A stretch of 62,309 nt of DNA from Chrysochromulina tobinii (Eukaryota): the NCBI GenBank assembly GCA_001275005.1, contig JWZX01003208.1, forward strand, positions 1 to 62,309. Reading direction: 5' to 3'. Below the pieces are notes generated by a model that saw nothing but the letters and a program-made list of their open reading frames with translations, made no database searches and was not told where the DNA came from. Below are positions 10,794 through 22,848 of the stretch, piece after piece (positions within the stretch are counted from its first letter, which is position 1; each line of letters starts with the position of its first letter). A program made the translations under genes and the position numbers.

Positions 10794-11502
10794 ACACCAA
10801 GGGCACTTCAGCAGCAGCAGCAGTGGCCGCAGGAGAAGCAGCAGGCACAGGCGGCAGAGTGTGTACGCGATCTCGCAAGAGGACGAGAGCGATTGCGAGT
10901 CGCTGCATGGAAATGAGAGAGAGAGAGAGGGGAGGGGGGGGGATTCCATCGAATGGGATGGACAATGGCGCCCCTGCAAGCCCCAGCGAGAACGCACAGC
11001 TGACGCACATGATGCCATGAACCGAGAACCCAGCCGCATGTTCCCTCGAGGTCGCTGACTCGTCAGTCGCGCGCGGCCGCCCAGGGGGTCTTGGTGTCTT
11101 GCCTCGCACTCCACGCTCCAGATGCGTATCTGCTCAGTATCTCGTATCTACTATCACTTGAAACCATCTTTGGTGAAACATGTGAGAGAGTTTTCCATGG
11201 AGGCCCAGAGGTTGAGCATCAGCGGCGTTTTTTCATTTTTCATCTGAGAAGTGTCAGAAGACGAGATGAGAATTGAGATGGCGTCGCCAGGATTCTGCCA
11301 GGAATATTTTTTCAAGAATCCGTTACCTCCTCATCTCTCATCTCTCTTCCGCTTGCAACCCGCGGAGGAGGCTGTGAGTCAAGTGTGTGAGTCGATTTAT
11401 AAACTTTGCGATGAAACTACCGGTACCGAAACGTGAGAAACGGTCTCGGGACTCCGAGCTCGCGTGTAAATCCCTGTCGCATCACTCCGCTCTTTTGCCA
11501 AC

Positions 11503-12318
11503 ATGCTGCTCCTCGCTGTCGGTACCCTCGCGTTCAACCTGCTCACAGCTCCGTCGCCCGTGGTGCTTCATCCACGCGCCGCCGCGACCATGGCCGTGAC
11601 CGAAGATGCAACCGTCACCGGCTACCTTGCCAAACTCGAGGGCAAGGTTGCCGCGATGGCGGCCCAAGCAGGCCGGCCTGTGCCGGCGCGCTGCATCGAC
11701 GACGCGTGCCTGCCGCTGTCCGAGTACATCTCGGTGCTCGAGGCGGCCGCCGTGGAGCTCGAGGCCTTCGGTGCGGTCGTGCCGACGGGCGCCTCAAACA
11801 ACATCATTCCGATCGGCAAGGCAACCTCATCGGACGGAAGCCTCTCCCTGTACCTGAGCAAGCTCGAGGCCAAGGTGGAGGCGCTGTGCGTGCGCTACGA
11901 CGTGCCCATGCCGCAGCAGTGCAACGCCGAGATGTGCATGGACGTGCAGGAGTACATCGAGCTGCTCGAGGAGACGTCCAGCCAGCTCGAGCAGCAGTGG
12001 CAAGCGGCCTCGACCTCATCCGACTTTGGCTCCGCGTGGGGCCGCGGCGAGTGGGACCAGCTGCAGGCCCTGGATGTGAGGACCGCCGACCGCCCCCCCG
12101 AGGTCGCCTCCGCCCTCGCCCTCGACGGCTCGCTCACCGGCTACCTCTCGCGCCTCGAGGCCAAAGTGGAGGATCTCTCCGCCAAGCTCGGTACGGCGGC
12201 GCCGGCGCGCTGCGTGGGCGACGCGTGCCTGGACCTGCAGACGTACGTTGCGATGCTCGAGGAGTCGGTGGTGACGCTCGAGAAGCAGTGGGCGACGGCG
12301 AAGAGCGGTTCGTGGTGA
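11503..12318 (+). CDS. Hypothetical plastid-targeted protein with three ~50-aa helix-Cx4C-helix repeats
   Basis: Leader MLLLAVGTLAF; three YLxxLExKV...P..Cx4C...Y...LE units. The 3' end is uncertain because a GTGAGC donor overlaps the stop. Confidence 0.75.
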   Translation: MLLLAVGTLAFNLLTAPSPVVLHPRAAATMAVTEDATVTGYLAKLEGKVAAMAAQAGRPVPARCIDDACLPLSEYISVLEAAAVELEAFGAVVPTGASNNIIPIGKATSSDGSLSLYLSKLEAKVEALCVRYDVPMPQQCNAEMCMDVQEYIELLEETSSQLEQQWQAASTSSDFGSAWGRGEWDQLQALDVRTADRPPEVASALALDGSLTGYLSRLEAKVEDLSAKLGTAAPARCVGDACLDLQTYVAMLEESVVTLEKQWATAKSGSW

Positions 12319-12337
12319 GCCCTGCGCGCTTGCTTGC

Positions 12338-12462
12338 TGCATGCGAGGGCGGCACACCTTGTGACTCACTCTCCTCGATGCATGCGAGGGCGGCTCACCT
12401 AGGTGACTCACTCTCCTCGATGCATGCGAGGGCGGCACACCTAGGTGACTCACTCTCCTCGA
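12338..12462. repeat. ~42-nt tandem repeat x3
   Basis: tgcatgcgagggcggcacacctaggtgactcactctcctcga units. Confidence 0.9.
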
Positions 12463-13235
12463 GAACGCTTCGTGAATTGTGTTGGGCGATCAGCGTTCAG
12501 CTCCGCCTTCATGTTTCCGCTATCGGCACCTTTCGAGTTGCGACGTGCCAGGAGCTGCTCGGGTGTCCTCTACATAGTCCACATCCTCACATGTCTGTTA
12601 CGATCTGTCATTTTGGTGCTCCGTTGGGGGTAACAGAGAGCATGTTCACGCGCAGATCGCTTCGAAGTTTTTGGGCGACTCGCACTCGGAAAACACATGA
12701 ACATACTCCATTCATGGACAAGGGTGAAGGGCGCGACGTCCGATCAACATCACGATTGAGAATGAACAGGAAAGATCCGATCGAAAGCGCAAAGCGCGCT
12801 CGCGGCTGAACCCAGCGATCGCTATTCCACAAGGCGAGCGAGCGCGCGCCCGATTAGGAAATCGGGGCGCGGTGCCACGCTCCGGGGGCCGCAAGCCAGG
12901 GCAAGGGCCACACACAGGGGGCACACACTAACACAAGATAGTAGAGACCGTCTGACAGAACAGCCTCAGAATAGCCTGCAGGCATTTCCTTCTCGGACGT
13001 CCAATTCAAGTCAAGAATACATAAACAACAGACAACCTTTTACGGAAGCCTATCGAATGCTCCGGAAGCCAGCGGGGGAGCTAGGCTTGACGTCATCAAC
13101 TACATCAACGAACTTTCCGAGCGTACCGGTACAGTTGCCTAGAAATAGCGCGTCTGCCGTCCCGGTCGCGTCCGTCCACCGATTTGCGCGAGCAACAGAC
13201 CGCGCGCACGTACGTACGGCTCCAAATAGTGCAGC

Positions 13236-14567
13236 ATGAAGACAGCGCTGTGCACGATCGCCCTCATGAGCGCTGCTGTTAACGCGCTATCGCTCGGTGG
13301 TCAGCCGGCCGCGGAACAACATCTTGACAGCCGAGCCCGGCTAGCAGCCCTTTCGGGCGGACAAGTAATGGCGCCCAACAGTGCGCCTTTGGTGCCTCCG
13401 CTCAACGATCCTCCCCAACAGTTGAAGATGCTCGCCTCCGGGCTCGTCAAGGCCGTCACCGTCCCGCAAGCAAAAGTCATCGATGGCAAAGCCTTCCCTC
13501 TAACACTGTCACCCACGGGCACACAATTGGTCGACCGCGCAACCTTAATCCGCGAGAACCGCCAGGAACTTATCGATGTGCTCCGCGAGTACGGTGCCGT
13601 GCTCCTTCGCGGATGGGGAGCGTGCGCCCCGTCACACTTTGCTGAGATCTCTGCAGCGCTGCAGCTGCCCACGACTGAGATGTCATGCTCGGCCGGCCCG
13701 CGCTTTGAGGTCGCGAGCAACGTGTTCACAGCGAACGAGGCGCCACCAACCGAACGCATCCCGTTCCATCACGAGATGGCTCAGTGCAACGCGCCACCCG
13801 CAGTCATTATGTTCTTTTGCGAGCAATCTGCGCCAAGCGGTGGCGCGACACCAATCATCGAGTCGCACCTTGCGGCGGCGTACCTGCGCTCGCGCCACCC
13901 GGACGTGGCTGCGCGCCTCGAGCAGAAGGGCGTGCGCTACGTGCGCATCATGCCGCCCGTGACCGATACCTCCTCGGCGTTGGGTAAGTCGTGGCGAACT
14001 GCCCTACGCGTCGAGTCGCCGGAGGAAGCTGAGGCAGCGCTGCGTGCCATGGGGTCGACGTGGACGTGGCTCGCCGGCGGCATGCTTCGCACGGTGACCG
14101 AGAGCCAAAGGGCCCCTGCATGCACGCGCTCACCATGGCGCCCCTCCCTCTTCCCACAGGTGACCGAGAGCATGCCGGCTCTCCTCCGTGATGAACGCTC
14201 CGGTCGCGAGGTCTTCTTCACGGCCGCTGAGTCCACCTTCAACGGCGTCGCAGACGAGGCCGCCGACCGCATCGCCGTTGAGGGCTCCGAGGAGGGGACT
14301 GAATGCCGGACTGTAAGGCCGGAAAAGTCCATCATCTATGGCGATGGCTCACCGCTCGACAGTCCTACGAAGGCGGCGATGCTCGATGTGAGCGCGTTCA
14401 TGCTAAGGGCGCAGGTGGCCATTCCGTGGCAGCCGGGCGACGCCTTACTTCTCGACAACGCAAGGGTTCAGCACTCTCGAGAGTCGTTCAAGCCGCCGCG
14501 CCGCATCCTTGCCTCCCTTGTGGGGACTCTCTCGAAGTCCCACGGCACGCTCCGATGGGACGCTTAG
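13236..14567 (+). CDS. TauD/clavaminate synthase-like Fe(II)/2-oxoglutarate dioxygenase; intron 14094-14159
   Basis: GAVLLRG, IPFHHEM, GGATP, WQPGDALLLDN...HSR; signal peptide; in-frame 66-nt GT..CCCACAG intron. Confidence 0.9.
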   Translation: MKTALCTIALMSAAVNALSLGGQPAAEQHLDSRARLAALSGGQVMAPNSAPLVPPLNDPPQQLKMLASGLVKAVTVPQAKVIDGKAFPLTLSPTGTQLVDRATLIRENRQELIDVLREYGAVLLRGWGACAPSHFAEISAALQLPTTEMSCSAGPRFEVASNVFTANEAPPTERIPFHHEMAQCNAPPAVIMFFCEQSAPSGGATPIIESHLAAAYLRSRHPDVAARLEQKGVRYVRIMPPVTDTSSALGKSWRTALRVESPEEAEAALRAMGSTWTWLAGGMLRTVTESQRAPACTRSPWRPSLFPQVTESMPALLRDERSGREVFFTAAESTFNGVADEAADRIAVEGSEEGTECRTVRPEKSIIYGDGSPLDSPTKAAMLDVSAFMLRAQVAIPWQPGDALLLDNARVQHSRESFKPPRRILASLVGTLSKSHGTLRWDA

Positions 14568-15000
14568 TAACGACGCTTCCGGGCACACTCGTCCTTCATC
14601 GACAGTTGGACTTGCATGCATCTCAATTAAACAGGACGTTTGATACTTGTACTGTACCGACTACGGCAGACCGAGGCTAGAACCTGGTCGTTAAAGACAT
14701 GAAGACAACAACCGAATGATCGAAGGCGGACGTCGAACCCTCGACGTCGGAGCCGACGAGATGCCGACGACCCGGGGATAAGCGAGCAGGTGTGCGAGCC
14801 GGCTCGGCCTCCCGGCTCCGGTGCGCGCAGGGTTGACCGGGATCGTGGGGCGAAGCCGAGCGGACCTCTGCCTCACGCTTCATTGAGTAAGCGTTATGGT
14901 TCGTCACTTGAGTTGAGTTGACTTGTGCATGCTTCGGCATGCCTTGATCTACATGAATGAACAAAAGGAAAAAACGGCCTTGGAACCTCTATAGGAGCCG

Positions 15001-16262
15001 ATGCCGTCGGCCCACGAGAGCGCCGGGCGACGGCCACCAGCGACACGACTTGCGCTGCTCCTCCACCGCGTGCACTTCAAGGATTTCAAGTCCTTTGCGG
15101 GCCACGTGGTCGTCGGCCCCTTTGACGCTCGCACCACGACCATCGTCGGGCCCAACGGCTCGGGAAAGTCTTGCCTCGTTGAGGGCGTGTGCTTCGCGCT
15201 CGCCGTCGGCTCGCAGCAGCTCCGCGCGCCAGCTCTCGGCTCGCTGGTCAACCACGGCAGCACGACCGGGAACGCGGCCGTCGCCGTCACCTTTGCCGAG
15301 GCTGGTGGCCCACGCTGTCTCGTCGTGCAGCGGCGCATCGTGGGTGGCTGCCGCAGCGAGTGGTTGGTGCAGGAGTGCGTGTGCGGCAGTGGCGGTGGCG
15401 GCGGCGGCGGTGGCGGTACTCGTCGCATCGAGCTGCCGCGCCCGCCATGGGTGTGCAGCACCTGCGCGGCGACCTCGATGAAGCGCGACGAGCTGCGCCA
15501 CGCGCTGCGGCGGCTGCTCGCGCTCGACATCGACCAGCCCGAGCGCTTCGTGGTGCACCAGACGAGCGTGATGAGCGTGGCGTCCAAGAGCCCTTCGGAA
15601 CTCCTACAGTTCCTTGAGGGCGTCTTGGGGACCGCTGGGCTACGTGCAGGCGTCCTCGAGGAGGCCGCACGTTCGCTCGAGCTCAGCGAGGCCGTGAGCT
15701 CGCTCGAGGAGATCCTAACGGTCGCGCGCGCCGACAAGGCGATGCATGCCAAGAGCTTCGAGGCGTACCGTGCCCTCGAGGAGAGCCGTCGGGCGTTCGC
15801 GGCGCTCCAATTTCGTCACCTCAAGCGCGAGCTTGCCTTCCTGGCGTGCAGCCTCGTCAGCAGCGACGCGCGACGCAAGGCTGCGCGCTGCACGCTGCAG
15901 GAGCGCGAGGGCGTGCTCGTGAGCGCCCGTGAAGGCGCACAGGCCGTCGAGGGACGGCTCAAGGCGAGCGGCGCGGCCAAGACGCGCGCCCACCTTGCCT
16001 CGAGCGCTGCCGGCCGCATGCTTGCGAGGCTGAGGGAGGAGAGCACGCGCATGCAATTGCGTCGGAAGCAGGCCTTGGCGAGCGAATGCCGCACTGCCAA
16101 GGCCGCCGCGGCGGTGCGCATGCAGGTGCACGCGCTGGGCGAGGAGGAGCGCACCGCAGCCATCGAGGAGGCACAGGCGCTCGCTACGGCGCGGCGGTCT
16201 GGCGAGTCGCTCGCCTTGTCTGAGGCTGTGCTCGAGGCTCGCGTCGAGCGCATGAACGCCCA

Positions 16263-16304
<42 letters not shown>

Positions 16305-17880
16305 TCGCGCCGATGCGAACGCTGTGAACGCCGATGCGAACGCTGTGAACGCCGATGCGAACGCCGCTGACGCTGCGGACGCGACGGGCGGCGTGGGGCG
16401 TCCGGCTAGCGACAGGCCCCCCAAACGCCAACGGCATCAGTCCAGCGGGGGCGGGGGCGGCAGCACAGGCGGAGGCGGCGGTTTGGGAGGAGGCTCTGTC
16501 ACGGGCAGCACGGGCGGCAGAGGCGGCGGCAGGGCAGGTGGCCTAGGCGGCAGCGTGGGCGGCGGTGGCGTGCTCGACGAGGACAGCAAGCTCGAGGAGC
16601 ATTGCCTCACGATGGAATGCGAGCTGCGCGCCCTCGTGCACGCATCGGCATGCGCGAGCCACTCGGCACAAGCCAGCCGACGGGCAGCCGAGCGATCCCA
16701 ACGCGCCACCGCCGAGATGCACCGCCTCAGTGCTCTACGACAGGGCGCAGGCGAGACCACGACGGCGCTCGAGGCGGCGGTACGCGCCTCGCAGGCCGCC
16801 ATGCTGCAGGCCGAGAGGAGCGCAGCGCTCGCACGCAGCGCGGCAGAGGAGGCTGAGGAGCGACTTCGCGTCCATCGGAGCGGCCTGCGCTCGCTCGAAG
16901 GAGAGCTGAGGGAGCGGAGCGCGCAGCTCGCCAGCTGCGGCGCCCAAGCCTCCTCCGACCGCCGCGCCGGCGCCGTCCGCCAGCTTCGTGCCTCCCTCGG
17001 CGGCGGTGGCGGCTCGGCGGCGTCGCGTGTGCACGGCTTCCTCTGTGAACGCCTCCGCGTGGCGCCAGCCCACATACGGTGCGTGAACGCCGTGCTGGGC
17101 GGCGCGACCCGCTCGACCGTCCTCGTCGACGATAAGCCAACCGCGCTCGCCCTAATTCATTACTTCACAGAGCGCAAGGTGGGCACCGTCACGTGCCAAC
17201 TGCTCGATCAAGCGGACAAGGAGGCCGCCGCCGCCGCGCCGCCCGCCGCCTCCTCCGCGCTCGTGGCGGCAGCCGCGGCAGCCGCGTCAGCGGCGTCAGC
17301 GCCCTCCTCCGTCGCCTCGGGACGCGCAGCACGCGCCGTCCTGGGCACCGACGGCGCGGCGGCCGTGTGGCTATCGGACGTAATCGAGTGCGAGACTCGT
17401 TACCGGCCCGTCGTACAGCAACTCACGAAGGGATGGATCCTCGTCGCCGACGCACAGGCAGCCCTCGCCGTCCACGCTCGGCATTCACACCAGACCGACG
17501 ATCGGACCAATGGCGGGCGCGCCGACGGGGCTGGCGGCACCAATGGCGGGCGCGCCGACGGGGCTGGCGGCCGCAGCGGCGGCGGCGGACGTGCCGGCGG
17601 TAGCGTCGGCAGGGGCGGAGGACGTGGAGGCGGAGGCGAGGGAGGCGGAGGCAGCGGCGCTGGCCTTGGCGGCAGCGGCGGCTCTCGCGGCCGCAGCACC
17701 ATCGGTGGGGGCGGTCGAGGGGCTGGTGCCTCCTCGCTCAACATCGTCACGTTACAAGGAGAGCTCTTTCGAGCCAGTGGCGAAGTGCAGCAGGCGCGGG
17801 CGCCATCGGCCAATGACGCGTACGCCATCGGCGCCACCCTCGCAACCCTGACAAGCGGCGGCGGGTACGACGGCGGCATG

Positions 17881-17928
<48 letters not shown>

Positions 17929-19843
17929 CTTCACGCGCGGCTGAGCCACGAGGTTGAAGCCCTGGAGGCGCAGCTCGCGAGTCTGGGTCAGGCCGACGCC
18001 TCACTCGCGACCGCGGCTGCCGCCGCCGCCGCCGCCGCGGAGTACGCTGCTGCCGAGAGCGCGACGCGCCGCGCCGCCCTGCTGCAGCAGCAGCACGAGC
18101 TGAGCACCGCCCAACACGACGCGCGTGCCCTCGAGCGTAAGCTGAGCGCCGCGAGCGCCACCGTTGCTGCGGCGGCTAGTGCTGAGGCTTCGACCTCGCG
18201 CAGCTCCGCGGAAGAGCAGCGGCTGATGTCATGCATCATCGAGCTACGTGCGCGGCTGCGATGCAAGCGAGCGCCGCCTCCACAGGCCGCCACAGACGAG
18301 ACAGAGGAGACGGGGATGGCGGGGATGGCGGGGGTGGCGGAGGAGGCGGGGGTGGCGGAGGAGGCGGGGATGGCAAGCACGCCTTCATCGTCGGCATGGG
18401 ATGCTCCGGCTGTGCCATGGCACACCTTACTCGACGAGACGAGACGCTGCCGCACTGAGAACGAGGCCGCCACCGAGGCCAAGGAAGAGGCTGCACGCCG
18501 CCATCGGCAGCTGCTTGGGCGGCGCCGAGCTCTCGAGGCCAAGGAGGCCGAGCAGCGCCAGCAAGCGGCCCAGGCGCTACGTGAGAGCGAGAGGGCAATC
18601 GCGGCGCTCGCGGCGTTGCAGACGAAGCTCGAGGCGCAGCGAGAGGTGGCGGAGGCTCGGGCGGCGGAGGCAACGGAGGCGGCGGCCGCGGCGCTCGCTC
18701 TCGCGGACGAGAAGGCGGAGGCAGTGTGCGCTGTCGAGGCGGCGGCGGCGAGCGTGCGGCTGGCGCAGGCTGCATGGAAGGCGGAGGAGGACACTACGGA
18801 GGGGCAGCGGACGGCTCACAGCAAGCTGAGCGAGCAGCTGGCGGTGCTGCGCGCCGCGAGGCGCACGGGGCGAGGGCGGCGCGAGGGCGAGGAGGAGGAG
18901 GGTGGCGAGGACGAGGACGACGAGGAGGACGAGGCAAGTGACGAGGGTGTGGCGGCGGACGAGGCCCCACACACCGAGGATGGCACCCTCGCCGCCGCCG
19001 TCGAGACGGTTGCAAGCCTCGAGGCTGCCCGTATGCGACTCCGCACTGAAGAGCATCATCTCATCTCCAAGCAGCGTGCCATCGACGTGGTCGCGCTCGA
19101 GGCGTACCTGACTGCTTCGGCGGCAGCGGCGCGGCTGCAGGTGCGACTGATTGCGACTGATTGCGACTGATTGCGACTGATTGCGTCTCTGAGACTGAGT
19201 GCATGCATGCGCGGCGCGGCTGCAGGCCGAGGCGCTCGAGGCGAACGATCTGGCTGAGGCGAGCTCGCGCCGTGTCGAGGTGTTGCAGCGCGAGCGCTCG
19301 CGTCGCTTCCTCCGCGGCGCCCAAGCCATCAGCGACGCGCTTCGTGCCACCTTCCGGAGCCTGTGCAAGCACGGCGATGCCGCCCTCGAGTACGCGGATG
19401 TTCCGTCAATCCTCTTCGCCGAGGGGGTCTCGATCGCCGTCAAGCCCCCGCACGGCGAGTGGACGCGCTTCGAGATACTGTCGGGCGGCCAACAGGCGCT
19501 CGTAGCGGTGGCGCTCACGATGGCGCTTCAGGAGGGCACGTACCTTGAGCGCCATGCTGAGCGTGAGGCCGGCGAGCGGACCGCGTTGTCCGAGGGCTAC
19601 GCAATCGAGGGGGGCGGGGAGGCCGACGCTTCCCCCCCTCCCTTTGTGCTCTTTGACGAAATTGACGCGGCGCTCGACACTCAAAAGGTGCGCGCGCTCG
19701 CCGAGCACGTGCGCGCACGCGCGGCCGGCCAAACGGTCTTCGTCTCGCATCGGAAGGAGCTGATCGAGGCGTCGGGTAGGCTGGTGGGCACCTTCATGGT
19801 CGACGGGGGGACACGCGCCGTGAGCGTGCCGTTTGGAGCGTGA
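15001..19843 (+). CDS. Divergent SMC-family ATPase; intron 19141-19225
   Basis: FKSF, Walker A GPNGSGKS, coiled coils, hinge-like VHGFLCERL...VNAVLG...KVGTVTC, signature LSGGQ, Walker B FDEIDAALD, switch SH. Confidence 0.85.
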
Positions 19844-20187
19844 GGGGCGCCCATCACGGCGCCATGCCGGAGAGGAGCACGAGGTCTGGAGGAGCACCCG
19901 GTTTGGGGCGCTGGGCTTGACTTGACTTGACGTGACTCGCGGCGCACCCAGCCCCAAGCGGCGCACTTGTCCGACCACAAGCGACAAGAAGGTACTAGGG
20001 CTCTGCCACTGAGCGGATGTGAGGTGTGGCGGGCTGGCGGTGGATAGGGAACAGACTCTCGCGTCAGGTGAGCGATGGGTAGACAGCGGCCCGTTGGCCG
20101 GTGCGACGTTTCAAAAACATAACAAACTTCTCGCGACCGCCGACGGCTCGAGCACGCCGCGCTCGACCTCGTCTGGATACGCCCATA

Positions 20188-22649
20188 ATGGCGGAGCCGT
20201 GTCCCATTGGGACCCTGTGCCCACGGCGTGCATCTGCTACACTGATGCCTAATCGTGTCTTTGAAAGCCGTCGTGCTGCCAGGCGAGCGCTGCAGCGCAA
20301 AGCAGCGCTGCAGAGCGGTGCAGCGCCCAATTACACTCCCAGGACCGGTCTGCATCTGGACCCGCATGCGCTGGCGCGTCAGCAGTTGGAGGCGCACGTG
20401 GAATCCACGGCAGCCGCCGCCGTGAGCAGCTTGAGGGCGGCACTCGCGCAAGGGACTGCAAGGCATGCTGCTGCCTCCCAGCCTCCCGATGGGCTGCGCG
20501 AGGCTCTCAGCCAAGACCCTGCGGTGGACGTGGACGAGGCCACGGCGGTGTGGGCGACCGTCTGGCGGCAGGAGGCGCGCCTGAGCGCGGGCGGGCTGAC
20601 TCGACAGGCCAAGCGAGGATGGACTCCGGACGGGCGGTTCCCGAGCGCCTCAGACACCGGCTTTGCGACGCTCTGTGAGCGCTTCGGCCTCGAGGCGCAG
20701 GCGCGGCGGCAGAAGGCGTGGGTGGCCGGCACGGCCCGCCCACGGCGAGTGCTGGCGCTGGCGAATCCGACGGCCCATGAGGGGCTCGCGTGGTGGGTCG
20801 CTCGGGTGGCGGCGGGCATGCTCTGGGTGGCCGGCCGTGACAATCACACCGCCCTCACGATCGGGTACTCGGCGCACGACGTCGAGGATGTACTCAACGG
20901 AGCGATCAGGCCGCGCGGACTCGGCGGCGACCTCGCCAGGGCCATGCGACCTCCCGAGGCGTCATCGGCCTCCCTTGACTGGACGCTCGAGGGCGGCGGC
21001 GCGGCGCTGCTCGCCGGCTGCCACGCGCGCACACGAACGGAGACATGCACCCTGCTACGCGATCGGGTGGACGGCGCCGAGAATCTCGAGCTATCTCGGG
21101 AGCAAGCTCGGCACGGAGGCATCAACATGCTGCTCGCCCGCAACCTGTTCAACATCGGCAGGTGCAGCCGCGAAGGGGTCCGCTTCCTCCGCGCCGCATA
21201 CGGCGACCGTTGGGACCAGTCCCGCGCCGTCCTGAGCGCTCGCGCCAACGCGTCCTCGCCGCCTCCTTCGCTCGAGAAGCGCTTGCGCTCGTCGTTTGCG
21301 CTCGCGGCGGCTTGCTCTCTCCAAGCGAGCCTCGGGCCCGCCCCGTCACTGCACCTCTACGTGGCGAACAATCTCGAGCAATCTCGCGGGGGCTCCCACT
21401 CGGCCCCCCTCAGCACTGCCGTCCACCCTTCCTATGGAGCGATTCGAACGGCCCTGCGCGATGCCGCGACGCTCTCGATTGGCATCTACGTGCGCACGCT
21501 CGCGTCCGAGATCCCCGGAGGCTCAGACTCGGAGGCTCGTCGCCGCTTGGGCTTCAGGCACTGGCCCGCGGCGGAACGCTCCGATGACCTTCGGATGGCC
21601 TCTAGACCTCGGATTGTCTGCCTCATCAGTCCGATGACCTTCCGATGACCTTCGGATGACCTCTGATTGTCTGCCTCATCAGTCCGATGACCTTCGGATG
21701 GCCTCTGATGACCTCTGATTGTCTGCCTCATCAGTCCGATGACCTTCGGATGGCCTCTGATGACCTCTGATTGTCTGCCTCATCAGTCCGATGACCTTCA
21801 GATGGCCTATTTGTCGGATGGCCTCTGTTGACCTCTGATTGTCTGCCTCATCAGGCACTGGCCCTCGGCGGAACGCTCCCATTACCTTGGGATTGCGGCG
21901 TGCGCTCTCGCTCTTGAGACGAGGTGGGCTGCAGGCCTCGAGCGCGGATGGCGGCTGATTGCGCCTGATTGCGCCTGATTGCGCCTTGAGCTCATCAGCC
22001 CGGATCTCCCGCTGAGTGATCGATCGTGATGAACAGTCATTGACAGTGAGTGCGCCTCAATTGCGCCTGATTGCGGAGCAGGTGGGCGCCGGGGTTCGAG
22101 AACGTCGCGTGGTTCGTCGCGTCCGATTCTCCGAGCATCGTGAAGCAGCTCGTGATGGACTTTGACGAAACCCTCGGTGTGAACGGAACGCGCCCCCTCA
22201 CCGGTCGGCGCGCCGTGCTGCACACAGGCGCGGGGGGGCTCCACACACGTTTCGATTTAGATTGGGCGGACCCTACCTGGACGGCGCTCCGCACGGCGCG
22301 CAGCACGCCTGCGGCGGCCGGTGCGCGCCCGGCGACGGCTGGCAGTGTCAACGGCAGCGAGGTGCACGCTCTGCGAACTCGGGCACTCGTCGAAGGGTCG
22401 GCCGATTGGCTGCTCCTCTCCGAGGTGGACACGGCGGTCATCGGGACGATCCAGGACGGGAGTGGCGGGTTCACCTTTGGCACGACGGCGCTGCTGCGCG
22501 GCCTGCGCCTCCGAGGAGTTCGCGCCGCACCCTCATGGAACGACCTCGTGAACGCGGCCAATGCGAGGGATGCGCAGGCCATTGCGCAGCGTTGTGTTCG
22601 GAATGAAGAGGCTCGGATCGTGCCAGCGACGAAGTGTCGCGCTCGCTGA
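20188..22649 (+). CDS. Putative fucosyltransferase-like (GT-B) protein; introns 21558-21854 (GC-AG) and 21924-22081
   Basis: Splicing joins the ORFs in frame via a 69-nt exon; IGIYVR, WFVASDS, DWLLLS, FTFG resemble alpha-1,2/1,6-fucosyltransferase motifs I-III. Confidence 0.55.
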
Positions 22650-22848
22650 GCGTCGATGTTTATGTGACGCGAGAATGCGCCATACATGTATGAACTTGTG
22701 TTCGAGCGTTCGTGTAGCCGCAATGGAAGCGCGCCGTGCCGATACCGCAGGTGAGTTTGTGAGCGCGGTGAGACCGGGACGAAACTGACTGATGATCGGC
22801 TGAGAATCCGGGTCCTGCATCATGAAACGACAATTTCTGCGCGACTGA

